IMG/VR virus record: IMGVR_UViG_3300005662_000231
Location: 1-24,461 of that record
DNA length: 24,461 bases
Source: a virus
Lineage: Duplodnaviria > Caudoviricetes
Direction: 5' to 3' (one strand)
Below, in pieces: positions 13,190 through 23,263 of the stretch. The notes beneath the pieces were generated by a model. The model saw only the letters and a program-made list of their open reading frames with translations, ran no database searches and was not told the DNA's origin. The position numbers and the translations under genes are program-made. Each line of letters opens with the position of its first letter. Positions within the stretch are counted from its first letter, which is position 1.

Positions 13190-15189
13190 GAATACCTCAT
13201 TATAAATTTTCTATGGTTGGATTGCGTTTCTTGATTCTTTATTATTGCAATATTTGAAATTGCGTCTTCAGCAATAATTGCATATATGTTTTTATTTATT
13301 TTTTTATTAGCTTCGCTTGTTAATAGCTCTGATAGTTCTACTGCTGCTTGACGAAAATCTTCATTTGTATGAGTGGATGCTTGGACGTATACTTTATCAT
13401 TGTCTTTATGCAAAGTAGTTTGAGCTGAAAGATAATCTTGCATTAGATAAGATAAATTGTTTGCGTATTCTAAATTGTCAACTAAATCACTGCCTTCTAC
13501 AATAATTAAAATATTTTTAATTTCATTATTGTTTTTATAAATTGCAGTTTTTACAAAAGATAAGTAAGCTCCAGGCTCTTCAGAAGACGTTAATAATTTA
13601 TCAAGAAGCTCTGATTCTTGATCTTGTGTAGTTTGATTTGATTCCGATGTTTGTGTATTGCTTTCTGATTTAGAACCATTAGAATATTCGGACTTCCATT
13701 TTTTTACTTCTGGCTTTGGTTCTTCTGCTGTGATTTTTTCATTACTTAATTCTGAAAAATTTTGAGAATAATTTTTTAAAAATGTTTCATATAAAGATTT
13801 TAAGCTAGATGAATATTTATCAATTGGAGCGGTATAATAAGTTTTTTTTCCAAGTTCTACTCCTGCGCTTGTAGGGTCTCCGGCAGCCGCCCATTTTAAC
13901 GCTTCTGGATATCTAGACTTTAATAAATTCCAATATCCTGCAGCGCCTTCCGCTGGAGTATTATATGCTCTCCAAGCTGCATCAGAATGAATAAATTTTT
14001 TACCTTTAGAAGTAAATTCTTCTGTGCTTTTTTTAAAATATGGTTTACCAGAATTAATCCATTCTTTAGTGGCTTTAATATTTCCAACATTGTTTTGTGG
14101 TAATTTAAAGGGTCTGCCACTTTCCAAAGCAGCTTGAGCCCAGCCAAAAGCAAGAGTTTGTAAACTTGGAGGTTTCCCAAAAGACATTTCATACCCTTCT
14201 TTTAATGCTTTGGCAAAATCTAATTCTGACAAAGTATTAACTTTATAAGGTAATTCTTGGCTTTGAGCTTCTTTAATTAAAGAGAAATATTTTTTAATTC
14301 TAGATGCGGAAGAAATTTTTCTTAAAGAAACTTTTCTATGAGTTGCTACAACTAAATTATTTAAAACCCCTTCTATCTCTGGTGACTCATCGCGAATCAT
14401 TACTTGAATTTTTGCAGTTATATTTGTTCCTGGAATATTAAAATCATCAGAAACTACGATAATATTTAAAACGCCAGTTTTTGGCGATGTAAATCTTACA
14501 TTGGGCTTTTGCAAAGTAGCAAATTGGATTGTTCCATTAACTAAAGCGTCTTGAACTGCTGGTAATAAATTTTCTTTGGAAAGAAATTGTGAATTTAATT
14601 TTACATTCATTCTATCAGCTTGCTTTGAAAGCATTTCTTGCAATTTATTAAAAGCTCCTGGCGTATAAATAATTTTTTTAGGATCTAGTTTACTATAATA
14701 ATTAGTTTCTTTTAATTTTAAATCAACTTTTTGATCTAAAGGAACATCATATCCTTTTTTTTCTTCTAACCATTTTTTAACTTGATCAGTATATCTTGAA
14801 TCAGATACCTGATCTTTTTTGTAATGAGTTGTTAATTTAATTTCGTTAATTTTTCTTTCTAAATCCACCGTACTTTCAATGCTAGAACTGACATTAATAG
14901 TTCCTTGATTTAATAAATCTTTCAAAGCTAATAATTCTACTCTATATTCTTCAAGTTCTTTGTCTTGAATTGCTTCTTGAACCTTAGATACTTGATTAGC
15001 TAATTGATCTATAAAAGCAGAATATTCAGCTGATTCGCTTTCTAATTGGCGGACCTGCTCTTCAAATTGAGAATCAAATTTAGATTTGAGCCAATTTTTT
15101 AATCGACGCAAAATACCTGCCACCTTGACCACTTGATGGTCAGGAGTTCTTTCTAATTGAATATTGGCTATTTTAATTAGTTCAATCAT
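13186..15189 (-). CDS. Multidomain protein with GH73 (FlgJ/glucosaminidase-type) peptidoglycan hydrolase domain
   Basis: AQAALESG (catalytic Glu), NNVGNIKA, STEEF, AWRAYNT..EG..GY..LL.SRY..AL, and TYYTAP..KY (a variant of the GYATDPxY motif), at about 13790-14200. Confidence 0.8.
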   Translation of the reverse strand: MIELIKIANIQLERTPDHQVVKVAGILRRLKNWLKSKFDSQFEEQVRQLESESAEYSAFIDQLANQVSKVQEAIQDKELEEYRVELLALKDLLNQGTINVSSSIESTVDLERKINEIKLTTHYKKDQVSDSRYTDQVKKWLEEKKGYDVPLDQKVDLKLKETNYYSKLDPKKIIYTPGAFNKLQEMLSKQADRMNVKLNSQFLSKENLLPAVQDALVNGTIQFATLQKPNVRFTSPKTGVLNIIVVSDDFNIPGTNITAKIQVMIRDESPEIEGVLNNLVVATHRKVSLRKISSASRIKKYFSLIKEAQSQELPYKVNTLSELDFAKALKEGYEMSFGKPPSLQTLAFGWAQAALESGRPFKLPQNNVGNIKATKEWINSGKPYFKKSTEEFTSKGKKFIHSDAAWRAYNTPAEGAAGYWNLLKSRYPEALKWAAAGDPTSAGVELGKKTYYTAPIDKYSSSLKSLYETFLKNYSQNFSELSNEKITAEEPKPEVKKWKSEYSNGSKSESNTQTSESNQTTQDQESELLDKLLTSSEEPGAYLSFVKTAIYKNNNEIKNILIIVEGSDLVDNLEYANNLSYLMQDYLSAQTTLHKDNDKVYVQASTHTNEDFRQAAVELSELLTSEANKKINKNIYAIIAEDAISNIAIIKNQETQSNHRKFIMRYS

Positions 15190-16489
15190 TTAGCAAACCT
15201 TCTGACAAAGCTAAAAGTTTTAAACTTTTTTCCAAATCATATTCTTCAAGTTGTTGAGAATATTTTAAAATTAAATTTGCCGCTTCATATTGATTTGAGC
15301 AAGATGCAAGTTTTTTTATAAATTCATTGTGATTCATGAAGGAAGCTTCAAGATCAGGTATTTCGGCGAAATCTTTTTGTTCCTTATTCCATTGCAGTAT
15401 ATACTTGCCCGCAAGTACAGTTTTATCTTCATAAGTTAACTCTGAATCGAGCTTATTGAAGTTAATTTTAATGGCATTATATTTTATCTTATCTACTCCG
15501 TGACAAATTCCATATCCACGCCCAGATCCACAATTACATTTTCCAATATCTTTTTCTTCTCCAGACTCAATTTCTTTATAATCGTTGTCTTTAGCAAAAC
15601 CTTTTAGACCAGAATCTTCTGGAAATAACGATATTGATTGTAATGCGCTATCAGTCTTTGTAGAATCAACTGCTGTCGAATCTGATGGTGAGCCTTCTCC
15701 TTCGGCTGTTCCTTGTTTTGCATCAATTGCTGATTGTACTAATTCAGCAAGATAATTTTTATAAATAAAATTAAATTGAGAATTAAATTCTTTTTGAAGT
15801 TTTGATATTTCTCTTAATACATTAAGATATTTACCAATTTCTCCATAGGCTCTAAATTTATGCAAATTATCACATAAAGCTCTCACTCTAGTAACGACAG
15901 ATTTGGTTTTAACAAAAAATGATTTTAATGCTACATCTCTATCTTGTAATTTTTTACTTCTTAACTTGTTGTGAACCCAACTTCTTGTTAAATCATCCCA
16001 CCATCCAGCTTCTTTAACTAAATCACTATTTAAAGAAGCTTTTCTGCCCATTTGATCAGCAATTTCTTCCTCTGATAAATTAGGGCTAGTAGTAGGATCT
16101 CTCCATAAAGTTTTTAAATTAGAAATAAATCCAGGTTTAAGCTCTCCTCTTTGTTTTTCAAATTCAGTAATAGCTTCTTCGGAAATGTCTTTTATATTTA
16201 CTTCTTCATCAGTTACTTTTTTTAAAGTATTATTAATAGTTACTGCTACGGAAGCCAAGTCAATTAATCTTTTAGCTTTAAATGAACTTTCCATTAAATC
16301 TAAATAAGCACCTAAATCTTTGCTCCACTCATAAATCCTATCATCAATTTGACGTAAAATTTCCATTTTTTCTGCATAATCAGATACGAGACCTTCTCCA
16401 AGCCATCGCACAACTCCGCTTGGAGTAAATCGTTCTCTAAGCCAAGTAGATGGACCCTCTGCAGTAATTATGATGATATCATCGTTCAT
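15182..16489 (-). CDS. Coiled-coil protein containing a SEC-C Zn-binding motif (435 aa)
   Basis: CNCGSGRGYGICHG at 15497-15538 matches the SEC-C consensus CxCGSGxxYxxCxG. KxA sites RKAS, LVKEA and IKKLA are present. Confidence 0.8.
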   Translation of the reverse strand: MNDDIIIITAEGPSTWLRERFTPSGVVRWLGEGLVSDYAEKMEILRQIDDRIYEWSKDLGAYLDLMESSFKAKRLIDLASVAVTINNTLKKVTDEEVNIKDISEEAITEFEKQRGELKPGFISNLKTLWRDPTTSPNLSEEEIADQMGRKASLNSDLVKEAGWWDDLTRSWVHNKLRSKKLQDRDVALKSFFVKTKSVVTRVRALCDNLHKFRAYGEIGKYLNVLREISKLQKEFNSQFNFIYKNYLAELVQSAIDAKQGTAEGEGSPSDSTAVDSTKTDSALQSISLFPEDSGLKGFAKDNDYKEIESGEEKDIGKCNCGSGRGYGICHGVDKIKYNAIKINFNKLDSELTYEDKTVLAGKYILQWNKEQKDFAEIPDLEASFMNHNEFIKKLASCSNQYEAANLILKYSQQLEEYDLEKSLKLLALSEGLLND

Positions 16490-16544
16490 GAAATTATCCC
16501 AATTTAAATGTTAACTAACATCTATGTCAATTTATTGCATTAAA

Positions 16545-18317
16545 TTATGCTGGAGTAGGAGGTGGTTCTGCCCCGCCAGGAGGAGGTGGTACTCCAGGCA
16601 ATCCAGGCACTTCACCACCACCGCCGCCACCACCGCCACCAGCTTCTCCGCCAGCTGTAGTTGGATCTTCTCCTGGCAATGGAGTTTCTGGAGTTTCTGG
16701 AATTTCATCATTAACTCCCAGTGCTCGCAATTCATTAAGAGACATTTTTTCAAGAGAAACTTTTTCTTTAGCCAAAATAGCGTCTGCAATAGCTTCTTGA
16801 CGAATTCTTCTTTGCTCGTCTTCGTAATCTAAACCTAAAGATCGATATAAGGTTTGATAACTGGCTTTTTTACTGCTTGGGTCTTGAGTCATGCTCATTA
16901 GATTCTGAATATAATCAGCCATATCAAACATACTCATGTGATTCCAATCTATTTCTGGAACAATTAGTTTTTTCTCTTCGTTTTCATAATCATAAAAATC
17001 ATTGATAATACTAATAGGTGCAAATATTTTTTTACGCAACCAATTAGTTAACATGTTTCTAAATTGAGCATATCTTTGGCGCAATACATCTAAGCCTACA
17101 GACCCATTAGCGTAAGTTGTGTCTGAGCCGCCATCCATAATAACAGAAGGTACCATTAATGCGGTAAATATTTCTTTAACTAACTGAGTAACAACAGCAC
17201 TATCATCATAAATAGCGCCGCCGCTACCAATTTTCTCTACTACTACATCTTGGTGTGTAAAAATTTTAAAGTTTCTGTCTGCTTCTGCGGCTTCCCAAAT
17301 ATCTCGATAAGAAGCAATGTCTTCGGGAGATGGTTTAAATTCGGCACTTCCAATTTTAACTAAAGTCAATGGATTAACCATGGATACTGCCTGAGTATAT
17401 TTAGCCTCTCTAAATTGATCAAATAACATTAATGCTTTAAAAGCGGGTACAATTAATCCTGTACCACGAGTTTCATATGGAGAAATTCTTCTCGCTAAAT
17501 GAGAGCAATTAAAATTATCTAGTGGAATATTTTCTCCCTTTCTTACTCTTTCTACAATTGCTGGATCTATTTTAGATCTTTGCATAATATCTGCTGGAGA
17601 ATTTCCATTAACAACTTTTTTTAAATTTTCGTCAGGTCTTAAACTAATTACTGGTTCTCCACCTAGAGAATTTTGAATAACGACATAATCTGGATTCTGT
17701 ATAACTAATCTACTCCATTTCCCTTTATTTTTATCTAATTCTGCATAAACGATTGCCTCTCCTAATATCCAATATTCTTGAGCGATTTGCACAATCATAT
17801 CCATTAAATTAATCTCTTCAATCATTTCTGAAAAGAATTTTTCTACTTTTGGATTTTTGCATTTAATATTTAATTTGGCTACTGGGTAAGTAGAATGCAA
17901 AGTACAAGCATTATGAACAAAAGGATTTAATGCAAAAAACGCACGACTCCAAGCATTAATAGTTGCTCGGTCTCTTGGAAGACTTAAATTGCTATATAGC
18001 CACAGAGGAGAATAAACTTCGCTAACTTGATGAACTACCCCTCCGCCGCCTCTCCAATTAGCACCTGCACCGCCTGTCATTCCACCAGAATCAAAGCCAG
18101 ATGCTTTTTTGCTGAACCCGGCAGAAATTCCGCTGAGATAAGAATTTATATTATTATCAGCAGATTTTGTTACTCCTTTTTCAACAAATAAACCTTTATT
18201 TAGTTCATCTTCCAACATAGCACGACGATATTGAGATACGCTTTTAGCCATGCCATTTGTAATAAATGGTTTCAAATCTTGTCGAGGAACAAAACTACCA
18301 CTTTTAAATTCAACCAT
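16545..18317 (-). CDS. Phage portal protein (590 aa) with Gly/Pro-rich C-terminal tail
   Basis: Located between terminase and protease. Motifs R..INAW.R.F...PFV....LH..YP, EYWILGE, QNPDYV, RGTGLI..FKALM..D..REA and IDWN fit the portal pattern. AGGAAGG SD. Confidence 0.8.
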   Translation of the reverse strand: MVEFKSGSFVPRQDLKPFITNGMAKSVSQYRRAMLEDELNKGLFVEKGVTKSADNNINSYLSGISAGFSKKASGFDSGGMTGGAGANWRGGGGVVHQVSEVYSPLWLYSNLSLPRDRATINAWSRAFFALNPFVHNACTLHSTYPVAKLNIKCKNPKVEKFFSEMIEEINLMDMIVQIAQEYWILGEAIVYAELDKNKGKWSRLVIQNPDYVVIQNSLGGEPVISLRPDENLKKVVNGNSPADIMQRSKIDPAIVERVRKGENIPLDNFNCSHLARRISPYETRGTGLIVPAFKALMLFDQFREAKYTQAVSMVNPLTLVKIGSAEFKPSPEDIASYRDIWEAAEADRNFKIFTHQDVVVEKIGSGGAIYDDSAVVTQLVKEIFTALMVPSVIMDGGSDTTYANGSVGLDVLRQRYAQFRNMLTNWLRKKIFAPISIINDFYDYENEEKKLIVPEIDWNHMSMFDMADYIQNLMSMTQDPSSKKASYQTLYRSLGLDYEDEQRRIRQEAIADAILAKEKVSLEKMSLNELRALGVNDEIPETPETPLPGEDPTTAGGEAGGGGGGGGGEVPGLPGVPPPPGGAEPPPTPA

Positions 18318-18468
18318 TACAAGACCTTCCTGATAATATTTTCATATAATATTAGACTGATGCAAAATAACTATAACATCAAAGGAGTTACAGAATCGCC
18401 TATTGAAAATACTATAATAATAGTCTTTTTGAATCGAAAATTTTAACTCTAAAATGGCTAAAAGATAA

Positions 18469-19776
18469 ATGAAAAAAACCTATATACTAGACACTTCTTC
18501 TCTTGTAAAAAATCCTGGATGTCTAAGGGAAATAAAAGACTCTACAATAATTATACCAATAACAGTTCTAGAAGAACTGGATAAAATCAAATCCTACCGA
18601 GACGAAACCGGTAAAAACGCCCGAATGATTATTAGACAGATTGATCAAATATCTGCTAATGAAGAACTTCATTCGGGTATTTTATTGCCATCTAATTCAA
18701 CTTTAAAAGTAGATACTCTAAATAAAGATTCAATTGGAGAAGATTCTACATATGGCGATAATAAGATTTTAGCCTGTGCATTAAAATATAAAAAGGGCAA
18801 GAGCATCCCAACACTTTTATCCGCCGATCTAAATTTAAGAATTAGAGCAAAAGCCTTAGGATTAAAAGCGGAAGATTATCAAGATAAACAAACAAAAACC
18901 GTTGAATTTTATTCTGGAATAACTGAAATTAATCATCCAGACGCATATCAAGATTTAATGGAGAATAATTTTTTCAATCCTAAATGTTACAATATAAAAC
19001 TTTTGCCACATCAATTCGTATTATTTGTAGATGACAATGGTTATGAGCTTGCATTAGCAAGAAAAGTATCCGATGATAAAGTTAAGCTAGTTAAAAAACA
19101 AGGAGTTTGGGGAATTAACCCCAGAAGCAACGAACAATCTTGTTTAATAGATTTATTATTAGACGGTAGCATTCCATTAGTAACTGTCATGGGGCAGGCG
19201 GGCTCTGGTAAGACTTTAGTAACTTTAGCAGCAGCATTAGAGTTAGTTTTAGAAAAACAAAAATATGATAAATTAATTATTTACCGCCCAGTAGAAACAA
19301 TTGGAAAAGAACTTGGATACATGCCAGGAAATAAATATGAAAAAATGGAACCGTACTTCCAGGCTATATTTGATTCTTTTGAGGCTTTATTAGCAAGTAA
19401 TACTGGCGGAAAAGATAAAAAGAACTCTTTAACTTGGAGAGATAATCTAGAGTATTTTATTAAAAAAGATAAAATAGAACTGGATGTACTTGCATACGCT
19501 CGTGGACGCAGCTTAGCAAATGCACTCATCATTATTGATGAGGCGCAAAATTTACCAGCTAATGCAGCAAAAACATTGCTAACTAGATTGGGAGCTGGTA
19601 GTAAAATAGTTTGCACCGGAGATATTGAACAAATCGATGTAAACAATTTAGATGCCATGAACAATACAATTAGTACAATTGTAGAAGCATTTAAAGAATC
19701 AAAACTAGCAGGTCATATTTCTCTAGTTAAAGGAGAAAGATCTGAACTAGCAAATGAAGCAATAAGGCTTTTGTGA
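18469..19776 (+). CDS. phoH: PIN domain + PhoH-family ATPase (PhoH2/YlaK-like)
   Basis: N-terminal PIN motifs YILDTS, VLEELD, DNKIL and SADLNLRIRAKALG. Walker A GQAGSGKT, then LGYMPG..EKMEP, RGRSL, IIIDEAQN and GDIEQID. Confidence 0.93.
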   Translation: MKKTYILDTSSLVKNPGCLREIKDSTIIIPITVLEELDKIKSYRDETGKNARMIIRQIDQISANEELHSGILLPSNSTLKVDTLNKDSIGEDSTYGDNKILACALKYKKGKSIPTLLSADLNLRIRAKALGLKAEDYQDKQTKTVEFYSGITEINHPDAYQDLMENNFFNPKCYNIKLLPHQFVLFVDDNGYELALARKVSDDKVKLVKKQGVWGINPRSNEQSCLIDLLLDGSIPLVTVMGQAGSGKTLVTLAAALELVLEKQKYDKLIIYRPVETIGKELGYMPGNKYEKMEPYFQAIFDSFEALLASNTGGKDKKNSLTWRDNLEYFIKKDKIELDVLAYARGRSLANALIIIDEAQNLPANAAKTLLTRLGAGSKIVCTGDIEQIDVNNLDAMNNTISTIVEAFKESKLAGHISLVKGERSELANEAIRLL

Positions 19777-19777
19777 A

Positions 19778-21646
19778 CTAGCGCCAATTAGGTAAATATC
19801 CTAAAGTTATTGGAGGGTCTTTAGTGATACCGGCTTCTCTATAATTTTCTGGATTTTTAATCTTGAAATTATTGCTTGCTAAGGACAAAGCTCCAACATA
19901 AGCATAAACCAGACCCATCAAACCATCGTTCGGAATATGACCTTTGACATATTTTGTCATTGGTTCTCCGCTGCGATCATAGGTTACTTTTGTGTCCATA
20001 CTGGCGCAATGCTCAACTAGCCAAGCAATTTTTTCATAATCTTTATATGGAAATTTAATTTCTCCACGTTTGAATTTTTCAAATATCTGTTCTAAGACAT
20101 AATCTTTTTCAAAGATTAGCGTATTTAAATTATCTTCTTCTTTTAATCTATATTTTCCGCTGACATTGTGTAAGCCGCTGGCTGCTAAAAATTTATGACT
20201 ATATTTTTTTTGTAATATTTTACAAATTTCATAGCCGAAGCCAATATCTCCCAGTGCTAAATCTGGATTGTATCTCCTAAATAACTGCTCAGCACGCTCT
20301 ACTTTATAATCTAAATCATTCTTCATAAATCGCTCCGCCCAGGCAATCCTAAATAATTTAGGACCTTCTTGCATTAAAACTACGGCAACACTGTAGGATT
20401 TTCCTCCAGATGATTCTTCGTCTCCCGTTCCAGAATCATCTACTTTTTGACCCCAGTCAAATCCAATAATAATTTTTCTATCAGGGCTAGAAGACAATCT
20501 AGATGCCATCATCATAGTTTGTTCTCCACAAGCATGATCAATTTCATCTGTAGTAATTGGCTGGCTAGTACCAGAATAAAACTCACCCAAAATTTCATTT
20601 CTGTAAGCTCTTTCAGTGTTTACAGGGTGATTTTCGGGTTTCTCACCGATAACTTTCCATCTGGGGAAGTTTGGAATATATAATTGGTTTAAATGAAATC
20701 CAATATACTGAGCTTTGGGATCGGAATTATAAGGTACCCACTTGCCTCTTTTTGCAGCTTGTCTTTTATCTTGTTCATGATCGCAATGAACGCATTTAAC
20801 AATAAATCCATGGCTAGGATGAGATTCCGGAAGAGAATCTTCAATCCAAATTTTTTCCCAATCATCACTTCCTGGAGTGTATAATGGAAAATCTTTTTCA
20901 CATTTTTCACATCCTAAATGATAAAATTGTTGATTAGACACTGCCCATCTTTTATTAAAATCTGAGCCTTTTTTCTTAGGAGTTCCGAAATAAAATTGAA
21001 CACCGTCTCCAGTAGTTCCATATTGTGCTTGGGTTAAGCTTTTTGTGGCATTTTCAATGGCTGCCGTTCTCATATCTTGAATTTCATCTCCAAGAAAAAT
21101 GTCAGCAGTAATACCACGTAAACGGTCTCCTGTTAATCCAGTAGACTCAATAAAAATATGATTTCCACCTTGAAAATATTTTAATTGCTGAGAGTCAGCA
21201 TCTGGCATCAAGCGAGTTTCAATATATGGAATTTTTTTAATTTTATCTTTTGGGGAATCTACTAGTTTAGAGGTGTTGACAACAGTATCAAATTTAGTAA
21301 CAGAAAATCTTCTCGCCATTTCTAGCTGAGGAAAGCAATGCATAATTCTAATTGGAGGCTTAGTTTTAGTCCCATATTGACCAGAAGCTAATAAAAATAA
21401 TTCAATAAACAAAGCCGCCATAGTTCCACCGACCTGACGACCTTTTAGAAATATGACTTTTTTACCTTTTTTAGTTAAAGCGTTTACTCCTACATATCGA
21501 TAAATATCGATATATGGCTCCCAACCATCTCTTAACTTTAAAGGTCTTCCATCTATAGTTAGATATTTTTCACACCAATAGACAGGATCCATTTCTAGGA
21601 TCTTTTCTTTCATTTCTAAGAAAAGATCTTTTTCTTTCTTACTCAT
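19778..21646 (-). CDS. terL: Terminase large subunit (lambda GpA-like ATPase + RNase H-like nuclease)
   Basis: KGRQVGGT (Walker A variant), LRGITAD..LGDEIQD (Walker B), GTP coupling motif, CEKC...CVHC Zn motif, G.W...GFHLNQLY, nuclease IIGFDWG, and late NDGL. Confidence 0.9.
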   Translation of the reverse strand: MSKKEKDLFLEMKEKILEMDPVYWCEKYLTIDGRPLKLRDGWEPYIDIYRYVGVNALTKKGKKVIFLKGRQVGGTMAALFIELFLLASGQYGTKTKPPIRIMHCFPQLEMARRFSVTKFDTVVNTSKLVDSPKDKIKKIPYIETRLMPDADSQQLKYFQGGNHIFIESTGLTGDRLRGITADIFLGDEIQDMRTAAIENATKSLTQAQYGTTGDGVQFYFGTPKKKGSDFNKRWAVSNQQFYHLGCEKCEKDFPLYTPGSDDWEKIWIEDSLPESHPSHGFIVKCVHCDHEQDKRQAAKRGKWVPYNSDPKAQYIGFHLNQLYIPNFPRWKVIGEKPENHPVNTERAYRNEILGEFYSGTSQPITTDEIDHACGEQTMMMASRLSSSPDRKIIIGFDWGQKVDDSGTGDEESSGGKSYSVAVVLMQEGPKLFRIAWAERFMKNDLDYKVERAEQLFRRYNPDLALGDIGFGYEICKILQKKYSHKFLAASGLHNVSGKYRLKEEDNLNTLIFEKDYVLEQIFEKFKRGEIKFPYKDYEKIAWLVEHCASMDTKVTYDRSGEPMTKYVKGHIPNDGLMGLVYAYVGALSLASNNFKIKNPENYREAGITKDPPITLGYLPNWR

Positions 21647-21652
21647 AATTTT

Positions 21653-22330
21653 TTATTTATTTTTATTTTGTAAACTGTGCAAGAAATCTTTATTGCTTCC
21701 ATCATCTTCAATTTCAATTACAGCTTTACCAAGCTCAGAATCAAAATTATTTGATAAATTATTTTTTTCATATTTTTCTAATGCGGAACCAATAAATTTT
21801 GCCATAGTAGGATCGTAAACATGATAAGGCTCTATGCCTTCATTTTTTAATGATTTTAATAGTCCTTCTTGAACAGCAGGAATTGAAGTATGACCATTAT
21901 TAGAATCTACTTTGTTCTTTACAAAGATTTTAATTTTATTTTTGAGTCTTTCATCTAAGTCTGACGGTAATAAATCTTCATAATCTTCACTAACAGAGAA
22001 TAGTTGATTTTCATTTTTAGAATTGAGTTGGGCGGTTTTAATATTATTTTTTTGATCTTCTTTTTCTGCTAAAGTTTTTAAATATTTATTTAGACCAGTT
22101 AATTCTTGATACTCTTTAACAATGGAATCTACTGTTGCATGTTTTTTATTTCCTCCAACAATAGAAACTATTTGAGAATAATAATCTGAATCCGCTTGTC
22201 TTTTTCTAGCAGCGTCTACTGCTGTGCCAGCTTGCTTTTCCCATGCAACTGCAAATTCTTCTAGCCACGATGGAGTGGCAGAAGAAAAACTATTAAACTG
22301 ATCTCTATCAAAACCGCGATTTCGTGACAT
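21653..22330 (-). CDS. Hypothetical protein (225 aa), putative head-associated
   Basis: AAGG SD, WEKQA and IKTAQ sites, directly upstream of terL. Confidence 0.8.
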   Translation of the reverse strand: MSRNRGFDRDQFNSFSSATPSWLEEFAVAWEKQAGTAVDAARKRQADSDYYSQIVSIVGGNKKHATVDSIVKEYQELTGLNKYLKTLAEKEDQKNNIKTAQLNSKNENQLFSVSEDYEDLLPSDLDERLKNKIKIFVKNKVDSNNGHTSIPAVQEGLLKSLKNEGIEPYHVYDPTMAKFIGSALEKYEKNNLSNNFDSELGKAVIEIEDDGSNKDFLHSLQNKNK

Positions 22331-22339
22331 AAAAAACCT

Positions 22340-23263
22340 TTATGCAGGATATTGAGCTGCCCAATCACCATTTTCCGAGCTAGTTAAATCAATATCTTCT
22401 CCAATCATCTTGGAGCGATCTCTCCAAACGGAAGCGTAACCCATATCTTCAATTAAATGAACAACTTCAAGTTTTTGCTGCTTAGTTAATTCATATTTTT
22501 TAGCCAAATCAGCAAAAACTTCTTCAATGTCATGCCCTGCAGAAACTGAAGAATTTATACAAATTCTCGCTAATAAACTTATAAAATATGGAACATTTAC
22601 TTCAAAATGAATTGATTTAGCTTGTTTTACAAAACCCTCTGAGTCATCAGATGCTTTTTTCTTTACTGATTTTTTCTTGCCGGGTTTTTTAATTGATTCA
22701 ATTTTCTCTAATCTTACTTCTAAACGATCCAATCCGTCATAAATTTCAGAGCGAGCTTTTTCTAAAAGCTCAGTATTAATTTCATTTTTAATATCTGAAC
22801 GGCTAGCTTTAGAGCATTCTCCTTCTAAATATTTTAGATAAGCAATGGCTTTTTCAAGACCAGAAATATCTTTTCCATTATGTCTTGGAATGCTTTTTAA
22901 TTTTTCTTGTAACCAATGCAAGAATTTAGTGTGAGTCCATTTCCAAGGGTCATCTTCAACTTGGACTTTATCATCTTCTTCAGATACCGTTAATTCTGCA
23001 GGCTCTTCAATTTCATCTTCATCATCGGAGCCTGGCACCTTTGGTAAAGTAAATGAAAATTCTTTATCGGCTTCAAAATCCATATCATCATCTTCTGATG
23101 AAATATGAATATTGCCTTCTACTTCAGCTCCAGAATCAATAAGTTCTTCCTCTTCCTCTGATTCAGGGGAAACTTCAATATCTACTTTAAGATCTGCAAT
23201 ATCCTCAAATTCATCAGGAGAAACCCACATACCATCTAAATTTTGAGCAATTTTAATAGCCAT
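22340..23263 (-). CDS. Hypothetical protein (307 aa) with acidic N-terminal third, putative head-associated
   Basis: AAAGGT SD, N-terminus MAIKIAQ, and KKKA and FVKQA sites separating two helical domains. Confidence 0.8.
   Translation of the reverse strand: MAIKIAQNLDGMWVSPDEFEDIADLKVDIEVSPESEEEEELIDSGAEVEGNIHISSEDDDMDFEADKEFSFTLPKVPGSDDEDEIEEPAELTVSEEDDKVQVEDDPWKWTHTKFLHWLQEKLKSIPRHNGKDISGLEKAIAYLKYLEGECSKASRSDIKNEINTELLEKARSEIYDGLDRLEVRLEKIESIKKPGKKKSVKKKASDDSEGFVKQAKSIHFEVNVPYFISLLARICINSSVSAGHDIEEVFADLAKKYELTKQQKLEVVHLIEDMGYASVWRDRSKMIGEDIDLTSSENGDWAAQYPA

Noticed and set aside
19778-21646. Intein or intron in terL or portal
   Set aside because: Lengths are ordinary, with no intein splice motifs (C...HN) or frame interruptions evident.
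21653-22330. Small terminase subunit call based on position upstream of terL
   Set aside because: No recognisable HTH or TerS motif, and position alone is insufficient.
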